Below, in pieces: positions 9,209 through 17,387 of a stretch of 43,035 nucleotides of DNA. The stretch is from the NCBI GenBank assembly GCA_038230615.1, contig JBBRMX010000002.1, forward strand, positions 1-43,035. The letters are read 5' to 3'. Each line of letters starts with the position of its first letter. The stretch's first letter is position 1. A model generated the notes under the pieces. It worked only from the letters and a program-made list of their open reading frames with translations. It was not told the origin of the DNA and made no database searches. The position numbers were made by a program, and so were the translations under genes. The stretch is from Thermomicrobiales bacterium. GTDB lineage: Bacteria; Chloroflexota; Chloroflexia; Thermomicrobiales; JALYUS01.

Positions 9209-11125
9209 ATGCGACCCTCCCCGCGCCGCCCCGCATTCCGTTCGCTGCTCCTGTTGCTGCTGCTCAGCGGGTGCGCCTTCGGCGGCGATTCAACCCCGAC
9301 TACGGTACGAACCGGTAGCCCTTCGCCTGCGACCGCCCCGCGTGGCAGTGCAACGGCGTCCGGTACCGCTGCGGCGACGGGGTCTCCAGTTACCACCGTT
9401 GCAAATACCGTAGCGATACCGACCGCTTCGACTACACCCGCTCCGTCCGCGACGCCCGCAAGCACGGTGCGCCCGGTGGTGCCGACCCCCACGCCGCAAC
9501 CCGTCCCAAAGCCGAACCCGAAGGGTGATCAGACCCTGACGATGCCCGGCCCGCAGACCCTACCGGATACGCTCGACCCCGCCCTTATACGCGATAACAG
9601 CACAACGCTGCTCGTGCGGCAGGTGTGGCGCGGATTGGTGCGGCTCGATGATGCGCTCAATGTCGTGCCGGACATCGCCGCGGATTACGCGAAATCCGCC
9701 GACGGGCGGACGATGACCTTCTATCTCCGCTCCTCCGCTCGCTTCCAGGACGGGCGGCAGATCACCGCCGAGGATGTCGCGTTCTCGCTCCGGCGTGCCT
9801 GTGATCCCGCCACCGCACGGGGCGTCACACCGCAGAATCTCCCGGCGGCATCGGGGTTGAACGACATCGTCGGCTGCACGGATCGCCTGAATGGGCGTAC
9901 CGCCGATGTCGCGGGGATCGCGGTACTCGACCCGCTGACACTCACCATCACCCTCGACGCGCCGAAAGCATACTTCCTCCAGAAACTTACCCTCGTGGTT
10001 GCGTCGGTGATTGATCGCAACGATCTCGCACGCGGCGCGGGGTGGTCAACCGCGAAGCCGAACGGCTCCGGCCCGTTCCGTCTCGCAGGGTGGGCGGGGG
10101 ACGCGATCACGCTCACGCGCTGGGAAGGGTTTTACGATCAAGTCGCCACGCTGGAGAAAGTGACGCTACTCGTGGGGGCGCGCGCCGCAAACGCCGCCAA
10201 TCTCTACGACGACAACAAAGTAGACATCGCCTCCGTCGGCTACACCGCCGTTGACCGACTGAATGCCGCCACTGCATCTACACGGGGCCAACTGCGCGTG
10301 ACGCCCCAACTCAGCACCTTCTATATCGGTATCAACACCAAACTCGCGCCGCTCGATGCGTTCAATATCCGCGCCGCGCTTGTCCGTGTGATAGACCGCC
10401 AAAAAATCCAAGCGGCGGCGTACGACGGCAAGGTCGCCCCCGCGAAGGGAATTATTCCCCCCGCAATCCCCGGTGGCGATTGGACGGCAAACTTCCCGAT
10501 CCTCGATGCGAAGACCGCCAAAGAGTTGCTTCCACCCGACAAGGCGAAAGCATTATCGCCGATTGTCTATGGCAGCAGTGGCGGCACGTCGGTCGGCACA
10601 GTCATCAAAACTGCCGCCGAGCGCGATCTAGGGTTGCAAATCTCGGTGGAAGACGAACTACGCTTCGATGACCTCCTCTCCGATCTTGATGCCAGCCAGT
10701 ACGGGCTGTTCGTCTTGGGCTGGATCGCGGATTATCCCGACCCCGAAAACTTTCTCGTGCCGCTTTTCCATACGGGCGCACCTGCGAACCACGGCAACTA
10801 CAGCAGCCCGAAAGTGGACGATCTGCTCGACCGTGCCGCCGTGGAGCAGGATGCCAAGAAGCGTACCGATCTCTACCGCCAAGCGCAGCAGCAGATACTG
10901 GACGATGTGGCGATTATCCCGCTCTATCACCCCACCGATTACACACTCGTGAAGCCGTATGTGAAGGGGCTTTCGATCACCGCAATGGGTATTCTGCGTC
11001 TCGAAACAGTCTGGATTGAGCGCGACACTCCTGCCGCAAGCAGCATCTTCCCTGCGGCGGCACCAACCGCCCGCACGACGCCTGCCCCACTGCCGCCTGC
11101 CCCGACTGCGACCAAGAAACCATGA
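9209..11125 (+). CDS. ABC transporter substrate-binding lipoprotein, family 5 (peptide/nickel/opine type), orphan
   Basis: Start at ATG 9209 with AGGAGA 11 nt upstream. Signal and lipobox are MRPSPRRPAFRSLLLLLLLSGC, followed by a roughly 84-aa Ser/Thr/Pro/Ala tether. The body looks like an SBP_bac_5 domain (GSGPFRL, GWIADYPDPENFL). Confidence 0.85.
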   Translation: MRPSPRRPAFRSLLLLLLLSGCAFGGDSTPTTVRTGSPSPATAPRGSATASGTAAATGSPVTTVANTVAIPTASTTPAPSATPASTVRPVVPTPTPQPVPKPNPKGDQTLTMPGPQTLPDTLDPALIRDNSTTLLVRQVWRGLVRLDDALNVVPDIAADYAKSADGRTMTFYLRSSARFQDGRQITAEDVAFSLRRACDPATARGVTPQNLPAASGLNDIVGCTDRLNGRTADVAGIAVLDPLTLTITLDAPKAYFLQKLTLVVASVIDRNDLARGAGWSTAKPNGSGPFRLAGWAGDAITLTRWEGFYDQVATLEKVTLLVGARAANAANLYDDNKVDIASVGYTAVDRLNAATASTRGQLRVTPQLSTFYIGINTKLAPLDAFNIRAALVRVIDRQKIQAAAYDGKVAPAKGIIPPAIPGGDWTANFPILDAKTAKELLPPDKAKALSPIVYGSSGGTSVGTVIKTAAERDLGLQISVEDELRFDDLLSDLDASQYGLFVLGWIADYPDPENFLVPLFHTGAPANHGNYSSPKVDDLLDRAAVEQDAKKRTDLYRQAQQQILDDVAIIPLYHPTDYTLVKPYVKGLSITAMGILRLETVWIERDTPAASSIFPAAAPTARTTPAPLPPAPTATKKP

Positions 11126-12006
11126 CGACGATGCCCGCCACGCTCATACGTCCGCTGACGCCCGCCGATGTCTCCGATATGCGGCTGCCGTGGAGCAGCC
11201 CCTTCGACCGTCCGTCGCTCGCGGAACATCTGGCAGAGCATCCGCGCCGTGCTTTCTGGGTACCGCACACTGGCGAATATATTGTCGGGGAACCGTGGCG
11301 GCACCGCGAGATCGCCACCGCAATTGTGGACATCGTTGCGCGGGAAAACGGCGCGGCACTCGTCGAGACGCTGCGCGATCCCGCCTTGAGCGTGCCGCAT
11401 GAGCTGCTCGTGCTGACCGATTTCGCGGGGTCGCGCCGCCCGGTCTTCTACCGCGATGTGCGCCTCGCGCTGATGCAGCAGGTGATTTGCTACGAGTTGC
11501 GACGTATCCCGCGTGATGTGCCGGACGGCAGCCTCCGCTTCGAGCGGCTATTACTCGATGATCCGCACGCAGTCGCCACGCTGCTTGTGCTCGATCATGC
11601 CGCCTTTCCGTGGCTCTGGTGGAACACAGTGGAAGAGTTTGCCAATTACGCGGCGGTACCGGGGGTGCGGCTCTATGCCGGCTATGACCACACGGGTACT
11701 GCGGTGTCATATGTTGGCGTGACCCAGTACGATGGGTGGGGGCATCTCGACCGCATCGGGGTAGTACCCGCCTCGCAGGGGGCAGGCTACGGCTACGAAA
11801 CGCTGCGGTTCGCGGTGCAATCGCTGGCGTACGGCGGGGCGCACCGGGTCGGGCTGTCCACGCAGGCGGACAATTTGCGTTCGCAACGGCTCTATCATCG
11901 CTTCGGCTTCTCGCGTACGCACCAGAACGACTATCATATCTACGGCACATGGGCGAATCCCGCCCGCGCCGCAACCGCGTTTATGCCGGGGGGCGGCAAT
12001 CGGTAG
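11122..12006 (+). CDS. GNAT family N-acetyltransferase (two-lobed, about 294 aa)
   Basis: C-terminal GNAT motif A (VVPASQGAGYGYETLRF) and LYHRFGF. The ATG overlaps the upstream stop as ATGA (11122-11125). Confidence 0.75.
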   Translation: MTTMPATLIRPLTPADVSDMRLPWSSPFDRPSLAEHLAEHPRRAFWVPHTGEYIVGEPWRHREIATAIVDIVARENGAALVETLRDPALSVPHELLVLTDFAGSRRPVFYRDVRLALMQQVICYELRRIPRDVPDGSLRFERLLLDDPHAVATLLVLDHAAFPWLWWNTVEEFANYAAVPGVRLYAGYDHTGTAVSYVGVTQYDGWGHLDRIGVVPASQGAGYGYETLRFAVQSLAYGGAHRVGLSTQADNLRSQRLYHRFGFSRTHQNDYHIYGTWANPARAATAFMPGGGNR

Positions 12007-12106
12007 TCGTTCGTCGTCCGTGAAATGTACATGCCTCGGTAGGACCGTACATTGTACTCTTTCACGACAAACGAACCGGCTACGGACGCGACGAAGGAGC
12101 GACTGA

Positions 12107-13228
12107 TTGGGCGGCAACAGTTTCGGCACCGCATTTCGCATCACCACATGGGGCGAATCGCACGGTCGGGCAGTCGGCGTGACTATTGACGGCTGCCCCG
12201 CCGGTTTGCCGGTGGATCAAGAGTATATCCAGTCCGAATTGAACCGCCGCCGTACGGGGCAATCGAGCGTCACGACCCCCCGTGACGAGAAAGATCGCAT
12301 CGAAATCCTCACCGGCACCTTCGAGGGCGTCACGACCGGAATGCCTGTGACGATGCTCGTCTGGAACGAAGATGCGGATTCCAGCAAGTATGAGAAAATC
12401 CGCCATCTCTACCGCCCCGGTCACGCCGATTACACCTACATCGCCAAGTACGGTCTGCGCGACCATCGCGGCGGCGGTCGGTCGAGCGCACGCGAGACCA
12501 TCGGGCGCGTCGCAGCGGGCGCGATTGCAAAATCGCTCTTGGCACGGGAGGGTGTAACGATCCACGGCTACACTGTACAGGTCGGCACAATCCGCGCCAC
12601 TGATTATGACCCGTCGGTGATCGAGCGGAATATTGTGCGGGCGGCAGACCTTGCGGCATCGGAAGAGATGATCGCCGCTATTCACGCGGCGCGGGATGCG
12701 GGCGACAGCCTCGGTAGCGCGGTCGAAGTGCGGGCAGATGGCGTGCCTGCCGGGTTGGGTGAACCCGTCTTCGACAAACTGCACGCCGATATCGCCAAAG
12801 CGATGTTCAGTGTCCCTGCCATCCGTGGCGTCGAACTCGGCGACGGGTTCGATGTAGTCGAGCGGAGCGGCTTCGACAACAATGATCCTTTCGTGATGGA
12901 TACATCTGGCGCGGTGCGGACGACGACGAACCACACTGGCGGTATCCTTGGCGGTATCTCGACAGGGGAACCAATTGTCGTGCGGGTGGCGATCAAGCCG
13001 CCATCGTCTATCCTGCGGGAACAACAGACAATAGACCGCGACGGCAACCCGCGCCCGATCCGTGTGGAAGGGCGGCACGACCCCTGTCTTGCGCCCCGTG
13101 CCGTGCCGGTGTTGGAAGCGATGCTCGCGCTCGTGCTTGCCGATCATCTTCTCCGGCAGCGGCTCGCCCGCGTCGTGTGGGGCGGCGCCACACCCGGCGC
13201 GGGGCGTGACGATGACGATGGTCTATAG
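12107..13228 (+). CDS. aroC: Chorismate synthase
   Basis: N-terminus [31 protein letters not shown], then RPGHADYTY, then GRHDPC. TTG start at 12107 with GAAGGAG upstream. Confidence 0.95.
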   Translation: MGGNSFGTAFRITTWGESHGRAVGVTIDGCPAGLPVDQEYIQSELNRRRTGQSSVTTPRDEKDRIEILTGTFEGVTTGMPVTMLVWNEDADSSKYEKIRHLYRPGHADYTYIAKYGLRDHRGGGRSSARETIGRVAAGAIAKSLLAREGVTIHGYTVQVGTIRATDYDPSVIERNIVRAADLAASEEMIAAIHAARDAGDSLGSAVEVRADGVPAGLGEPVFDKLHADIAKAMFSVPAIRGVELGDGFDVVERSGFDNNDPFVMDTSGAVRTTTNHTGGILGGISTGEPIVVRVAIKPPSSILREQQTIDRDGNPRPIRVEGRHDPCLAPRAVPVLEAMLALVLADHLLRQRLARVVWGGATPGAGRDDDDGL

Positions 13229-13291
13229 GTTCCCAGAGATAGATGCAGTCGTCCGGCGACATGAGCGGGCGACGACCCGGCTGCGTTCCCG

Positions 13292-13969
13292 ATGAAGCGA
13301 ACAGTCGCCGGCCCGGTCACGGTGTTGATTGCGGTGCTTGTTGCGCTCGCGGTCTTTCTCAGTGCGTGGGTGGGCTGGCTGCTGGCGGGGCGGATCAATG
13401 TTGCCGTTGGGGTGGCATCCGTCCTCTGCGCCGCGCTGCTACTCAGCGGATTATGGGTGCTGGTGCAGGTCGGGTTGCTTACCGTTACGGTACGGCCACC
13501 GAAGTGGCTCCGGCGGCTGGAAGAGACGACGCCCGTCACGGTGCCGTGGGGCGCGGCGGTGCAGCGGGCGATCAACTTCGGCGCGGAGGAAGCGCGGCAT
13601 TTCCACCAGCCGCGTATCGGCACCGAACATCTGCTTCTCGGTCTGATGCGCGAGGGTGGGGACGCCGCCCGTGCGCTCGTTTCCCTCGATGTGACTATGG
13701 AATCGCTGATTCGGGCGGTAGATTTCCTCTCCGGCATGGGCAAGGCGGAAGCGGTCGCCAAGCCGTCCCTCGATCCTGCTGCCCGCCGCATACTGGACGC
13801 TGCCGCGATTCGCGCCCGCACCGACCGCAACCGGCAGGTCGAGACCGGACATGTGTTGCTGGCGATGCTGGACGACGCGCAATCCAGTGCGGCGGCAATC
13901 CTTGATCAATTTGGCTGCACTGCCGCAACGATCACGGACGCCCTCCATCGCACCCGTGCCCGTCGTTAG
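13292..13969 (+). CDS. Membrane-anchored Clp N-terminal (Clp_N repeat) domain protein
   Basis: Two N-terminal hydrophobic helices, followed by two Clp_N-like repeats (IGTEHLLLGLMREGGDAARAL and ETGHVLLAMLDDAQSSAAAIL). No AAA+ module. Confidence 0.75.
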   Translation: MKRTVAGPVTVLIAVLVALAVFLSAWVGWLLAGRINVAVGVASVLCAALLLSGLWVLVQVGLLTVTVRPPKWLRRLEETTPVTVPWGAAVQRAINFGAEEARHFHQPRIGTEHLLLGLMREGGDAARALVSLDVTMESLIRAVDFLSGMGKAEAVAKPSLDPAARRILDAAAIRARTDRNRQVETGHVLLAMLDDAQSSAAAILDQFGCTAATITDALHRTRARR

Positions 13970-13979
13970 GCAGCATGCA

Positions 13980-14012
13980 AACGGGGGAGCCGCAAATAAT
14001 GGCTCCCCCGTT
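13980..14012. terminator. Bidirectional hairpin terminator between convergent genes
   Basis: Perfect 12-bp stem AACGGGGGAGCC (13980-13991) / GGCTCCCCCGTT (14001-14012) with a 9-nt loop. It lies 11 nt after the plus-strand stop (13969) and 22 nt after the minus-strand stop (14035). U-tracts are only moderate. Confidence 0.7.
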
Positions 14013-14034
14013 GCTTTCGCGTCTCGCCGAAGTG

Positions 14035-14586
14035 CTATGGCTGGGTGCGAACGATGACACCGACCGACCCGGGGCGGTTGCCATCGCTAATACCGGTGCG
14101 CGGTAGGTAGGTCGGGGTTTGCTCGAGCGTGCCGTATGTCGGGATCGGGGGCGCGAGTGCCGCGAAGGAGTCGAGGCAGTTGTAATCGTCCGGCGGACAG
14201 ATCGGGATGCCCTTCGCCTGATTCGCCCGCAGACAGTCGTAATCGCGCTGCGAGCAGATATTGATGCCGTACTGATTGATCGGCACCGGTGTTGCTCCCG
14301 GTATCGTTGTGCCGAGGAGCAGCGACGCATACTGTGTCTGGCAAGTGGTGTTGTTTGTGGGGCAGATCGTCAGCCCGCGCAACTGATAGAACCGGATGCA
14401 TTCCTGATCGTTCACCGCGCAGACATCACTCGCCGTGAGGTTCGTGTTCCGCAGGCAGGCGAGATCGAACGGGTCGCACGTCCCGGTACCGGTTGCCGTC
14501 ACCGAGAGAGTACTTACCAGTGCAATCGTGAGCAGTGTCAATGCTGCCGCAGTCGTTCCCCAGATGCGGATAGATCGTCGCCGCAT
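14035..14586 (-). CDS. Secreted/membrane-anchored cysteine-repeat protein of unknown function (five C-x6-C units)
   Basis: Start at ATG 14586 with a strong AAGGAGGGA RBS. N-terminal hydrophobic signal/anchor (IWGTTAAALTLLTIALVSTL), 10 Cys in a regular pattern, and its own promoter upstream. Confidence 0.7.
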   Translation of the reverse strand: MRRRSIRIWGTTAAALTLLTIALVSTLSVTATGTGTCDPFDLACLRNTNLTASDVCAVNDQECIRFYQLRGLTICPTNNTTCQTQYASLLLGTTIPGATPVPINQYGINICSQRDYDCLRANQAKGIPICPPDDYNCLDSFAALAPPIPTYGTLEQTPTYLPRTGISDGNRPGSVGVIVRTQP

Positions 14587-14644
14587 ATGTCCCTCCTTGT
14601 AGCGTGTCGCCATGCCGCCGATGAACCGGCTGCGCCTACGCGGT

Positions 14645-14674
14645 ATTTTACATAACTTCGTATGTATCGGTCAA
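14645..14674 (-). promoter_or_regulatory. Putative strong sigma-70-type promoter for the Cys-repeat gene
   Basis: On the minus strand: TTGACC (14674-14669), 18 nt, TAAAAT (14650-14645). It sits in a local AT-rich island. Confidence 0.55.
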
Positions 14675-14880
14675 TTCAGGAGTTCAAAGTGCGGCGTGTC
14701 ATCGCTATTGCCCGCAAAAAGCCGCTGTTGCACCGCCCGCACCGCGCCGACGAGCGGGCGCGAAAAGACCGCACTCAGCAGCACGCCGAGCAGTGTGCCG
14801 ATGCAGACCCCCCATGTAAATGCTGCACGCGGGTCAGATGTAGCAGGGGATGCAGACATCAGGCTTCCTCTCTCGCTCAT
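14671..14880 (-). CDS. Small hypothetical single-pass membrane protein (69 aa)
   Basis: The ATG overlaps the rsfS stop as ATGA (14877-14880). One hydrophobic helix (FTWGVCIGTLLGVLLSAVF). GC3 is high over most of its length. I recognise no homology. Confidence 0.4.
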   Translation of the reverse strand: MSERGSLMSASPATSDPRAAFTWGVCIGTLLGVLLSAVFSRPLVGAVRAVQQRLFAGNSDDTPHFELLN

Positions 14881-15248
14881 TGAATAACGAGAATGCGGGG
14901 AGCGTCCGCCCAGAGGCGGTCGAGCTGGTAAAATTCGCGTTCCTGCTTGCTGAATGCATGAACGACAACATCACCGAAATCGAGCAGCACCCAGCCAGAT
15001 TCGGGCGTACCCTCTTGCCGAATAAGGCGCACACCCTCTTTGGCGGCGCGGTCGCTTACATCGCGTACCACGGCGCGGAGCATTCGCTCGTTGTCTGCGC
15101 TGCTGATGACGAAATAATCGGCGAGCGTCGTGATCGCCGCGATATCGAGCACCAGTACATCGTTGGCGAATGCGTCGGACGAGGCCTGCGCGAGTTCCCG
15201 TGCGAGCACTTGCGGCTCCGGTGCGGTGGCATCGGGCAGTGCGGACAT
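14877..15248 (-). CDS. rsfS: Ribosome silencing factor RsfS
   Basis: The core DVLVLDIAAITTLADYFVISSADNERMLRAVVRDV...WVLLDFGDVVVHAF is typical of RsfS/iojap. Start trimmed to ATG 15248 (MSALPDA) with a GGAAGGAG RBS. Confidence 0.9.
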   Translation of the reverse strand: MSALPDATAPEPQVLARELAQASSDAFANDVLVLDIAAITTLADYFVISSADNERMLRAVVRDVSDRAAKEGVRLIRQEGTPESGWVLLDFGDVVVHAFSKQEREFYQLDRLWADAPRILVIQ

Positions 15249-15364
15249 GCAGTCTCCTTCCATACGGCTATTCATGCACTCATCACCATACCGCAGAGCG
15301 GGGCGGGGCGCAACGTGCCTCTCGTATTGCAAGATCGTTGCGACCACTGTATATGCGGCGGGTG

Positions 15365-15393
15365 TTGTCCGATTGTGTGCGGTCTGCTATACT
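15365..15393 (+). promoter_or_regulatory. Putative promoter for tRNA-Ala (and possibly mutL)
   Basis: TTGTCC (15365-15370), 17 nt, TATACT (15388-15393). A leader hairpin GCGGTGG (15399-15405) / CCACCGC (15420-15426) precedes the tRNA. Confidence 0.5.
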
Positions 15394-15430
15394 CCGCTGC
15401 GGTGGAGATGCAGCATGCGCCACCGCGCGT

Positions 15431-15506
<76 letters not shown>

Positions 15507-15538
15507 CGCACCTTTTCCCTTGTGAAAGCACGTACACA

Positions 15539-17347
15539 ATGGCAATACGCATTTTGCCGCCCGAACTTGTCAGCAAGATCGCGGCGGGCGAGGTCGTTGA
15601 ACGCCCCGCATCCGTTGTTAAAGAACTTGTTGAGAATGCGATGGATGCGGGCGCACGCACGATCCGCGTCGAGATGCGGCAGGGCGGGCGCGACCTTCTC
15701 CGTATCACCGACGACGGCATCGGTATGACGCCGGACGATGTACGCCTCGCGGTGGAGCCGCATGCCACGAGCAAAGTCGCCGCGCTCGCGGATTTACAGA
15801 GCATCACGACGCTCGGTTTCCGGGGCGAAGCATTAGCGAGCATTGCAGCGGTGTCGCGTTTCACCCTCCTTTCTCGCCCCATCGGTGCCGATGCCGCCCT
15901 CGAACTGACGCTGGACGGTGGGCGTGTCGTTACCGAGCGACAGCGCGGCGCACCGGAAGGTACGAGCGTCACGGTGCGCGATCTCTTTCAGTATGTCCCC
16001 GCCCGGCTAAAGTTCCTGCGCTCGGTACAGACCGAGACTGCGTTCATCACGCGGGCGGTGCAGGCATACGCGCTCGGCAGACCGGATATTCGCTTCGAAC
16101 TCGTCAACGATAGCCGCACCATCTTCCGTACAGCGGGCGATGCCGATCTGCGTGCGGCGGCGGGGGCGGTCTTCGGTCATGCGGTTGCGGCGGCGATGTT
16201 GCCGCTGCCGGAGATGGATGCGCCGCCGGAATCGCCTGTCGTCGTATCGGGTCTCGTCTCACATCCGACACACGACCGGGGCGACCGGTATCAGATGTTG
16301 CTGTTCGTCAACGGGCGATGGATACAGCACCGCAGCGCGATGTTCGCGTTGGAGGAGGCATATCACAGCCTCCTGATGGTCGGGCGACATCCGAGCGCGA
16401 TTGTGCGTATCGAAGTGCCGCCGCGCATGGTGGATGTCAATGTCCACCCGACCAAGCAGGAAGTACGCTTTGTCCACGAACGCGAGGTTGTGCGGGCAGT
16501 GGGTGCGGCGACACGGGCGGCGGTGCTCGGCACTACGCAGGAATACGCTGTGCCGCTCGTCCCGTTGCCCTCATCGTTCGCGCAGCCCGCTGCACCTCGT
16601 CCCGCATTTGCGCCGTCGCCGTCGCTTTCCCGACCGGCGGCGACATGGTCGTCTCCCATATCGCCCGCCCCCGTCGTGCCGACGCCACCGACACCGGGCA
16701 GTGGGTGGCGTCGGCTTGATCGCCCTGCGGAGCCGCCCCCGCCGTCCACTGCCACCGCATTTCCGTCGGCGGCATCGCTGCGTGTTGTCGGGCAGGTGGC
16801 AAATACCTATATCATCGCGGAGGGGGCATCGGGCATGTACCTGATTGACCAGCACGCCGCGCACGAGCGGGTGATGCTCGAAAAGATGCGGGCGAAACTG
16901 GCGGTAGGCGATGCCGATGTGCAGCCGCTCCTCGCACCGCTCACATTTGCGCCGCCCGCCGGGTTGCAGGAGACCCTAGAGGCGTGTCGCACCGATCTCA
17001 CACGGCTCGGCTTTCTCGTCGAGCCGTTCGGGGAAGGGGCATGGCTCCTGCGCGGCATCCCCGCGACATTCAATGGTCCGCACGCCCGCGACCCGGTGCG
17101 CGTGCTGGAAGAGACACTGGCGGAACTTGCGGCGGGCGGCACAGGCGGCGATGCACGCGAACGGCTCGCGGCACTGCTCGCGTGCCACAATGCGATTCGG
17201 GCGGGGCAGGTGCTCTCCGACACCGAGATGCGTGCCTTAATCCGCGAACTCGAAGCCGTGGAGACGCCGGGGCATTGCGCCCACGGTCGCCCGACCATGC
17301 TCCACATCAGCCAGTACGATCTCGAACGCGAGTTTTCCCGCCGCTGA
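15539..17347 (+). CDS. mutL: DNA mismatch repair endonuclease MutL
   Basis: N-terminus MAIRILPPELVSKIAAGEVVERPASVVKELVENAMDAG (GHKL ATPase). C-terminal endonuclease motif DQHAAHERVMLE and CAHGRPT. The ORF-track extension upstream to 15170 runs through the tRNA and is rejected. Confidence 0.95.
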   Translation: MAIRILPPELVSKIAAGEVVERPASVVKELVENAMDAGARTIRVEMRQGGRDLLRITDDGIGMTPDDVRLAVEPHATSKVAALADLQSITTLGFRGEALASIAAVSRFTLLSRPIGADAALELTLDGGRVVTERQRGAPEGTSVTVRDLFQYVPARLKFLRSVQTETAFITRAVQAYALGRPDIRFELVNDSRTIFRTAGDADLRAAAGAVFGHAVAAAMLPLPEMDAPPESPVVVSGLVSHPTHDRGDRYQMLLFVNGRWIQHRSAMFALEEAYHSLLMVGRHPSAIVRIEVPPRMVDVNVHPTKQEVRFVHEREVVRAVGAATRAAVLGTTQEYAVPLVPLPSSFAQPAAPRPAFAPSPSLSRPAATWSSPISPAPVVPTPPTPGSGWRRLDRPAEPPPPSTATAFPSAASLRVVGQVANTYIIAEGASGMYLIDQHAAHERVMLEKMRAKLAVGDADVQPLLAPLTFAPPAGLQETLEACRTDLTRLGFLVEPFGEGAWLLRGIPATFNGPHARDPVRVLEETLAELAAGGTGGDARERLAALLACHNAIRAGQVLSDTEMRALIRELEAVETPGHCAHGRPTMLHISQYDLEREFSRR

Positions 17348-17387
17348 TCGTCGCCTCCCGGCACACAACGGTGCGGCTTGGGGTAGA

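Noticed and set aside
12080-13147. 355-aa ORF antisense to aroC
   Set aside because: aroC on the plus strand is unambiguous. The antisense product is Arg/His/Pro-rich with no recognisable motifs. Long stop-free antisense frames are expected in high-GC DNA.
14038-14106. LPRTG near the C-terminus of the Cys-repeat protein, considered as a possible sortase (LPXTG) sorting signal
   Set aside because: The motif is followed by ISDGNRPGSVGVIVRTQP. That sequence lacks the hydrophobic membrane-spanning stretch and the clearly basic tail of a genuine cell-wall sorting signal, and no sortase gene is in the window.
14652-14663. ATAACTTCGTAT, identical to 12 of the 13 nt of a loxP inverted-repeat arm
   Set aside because: There is no second arm, no 8-bp spacer context and no recombinase gene nearby. 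The sequence sits in the spacer between the -35 and -10 boxes of a putative promoter, so its AT-richness has an ordinary explanation. I treat it as a chance match.
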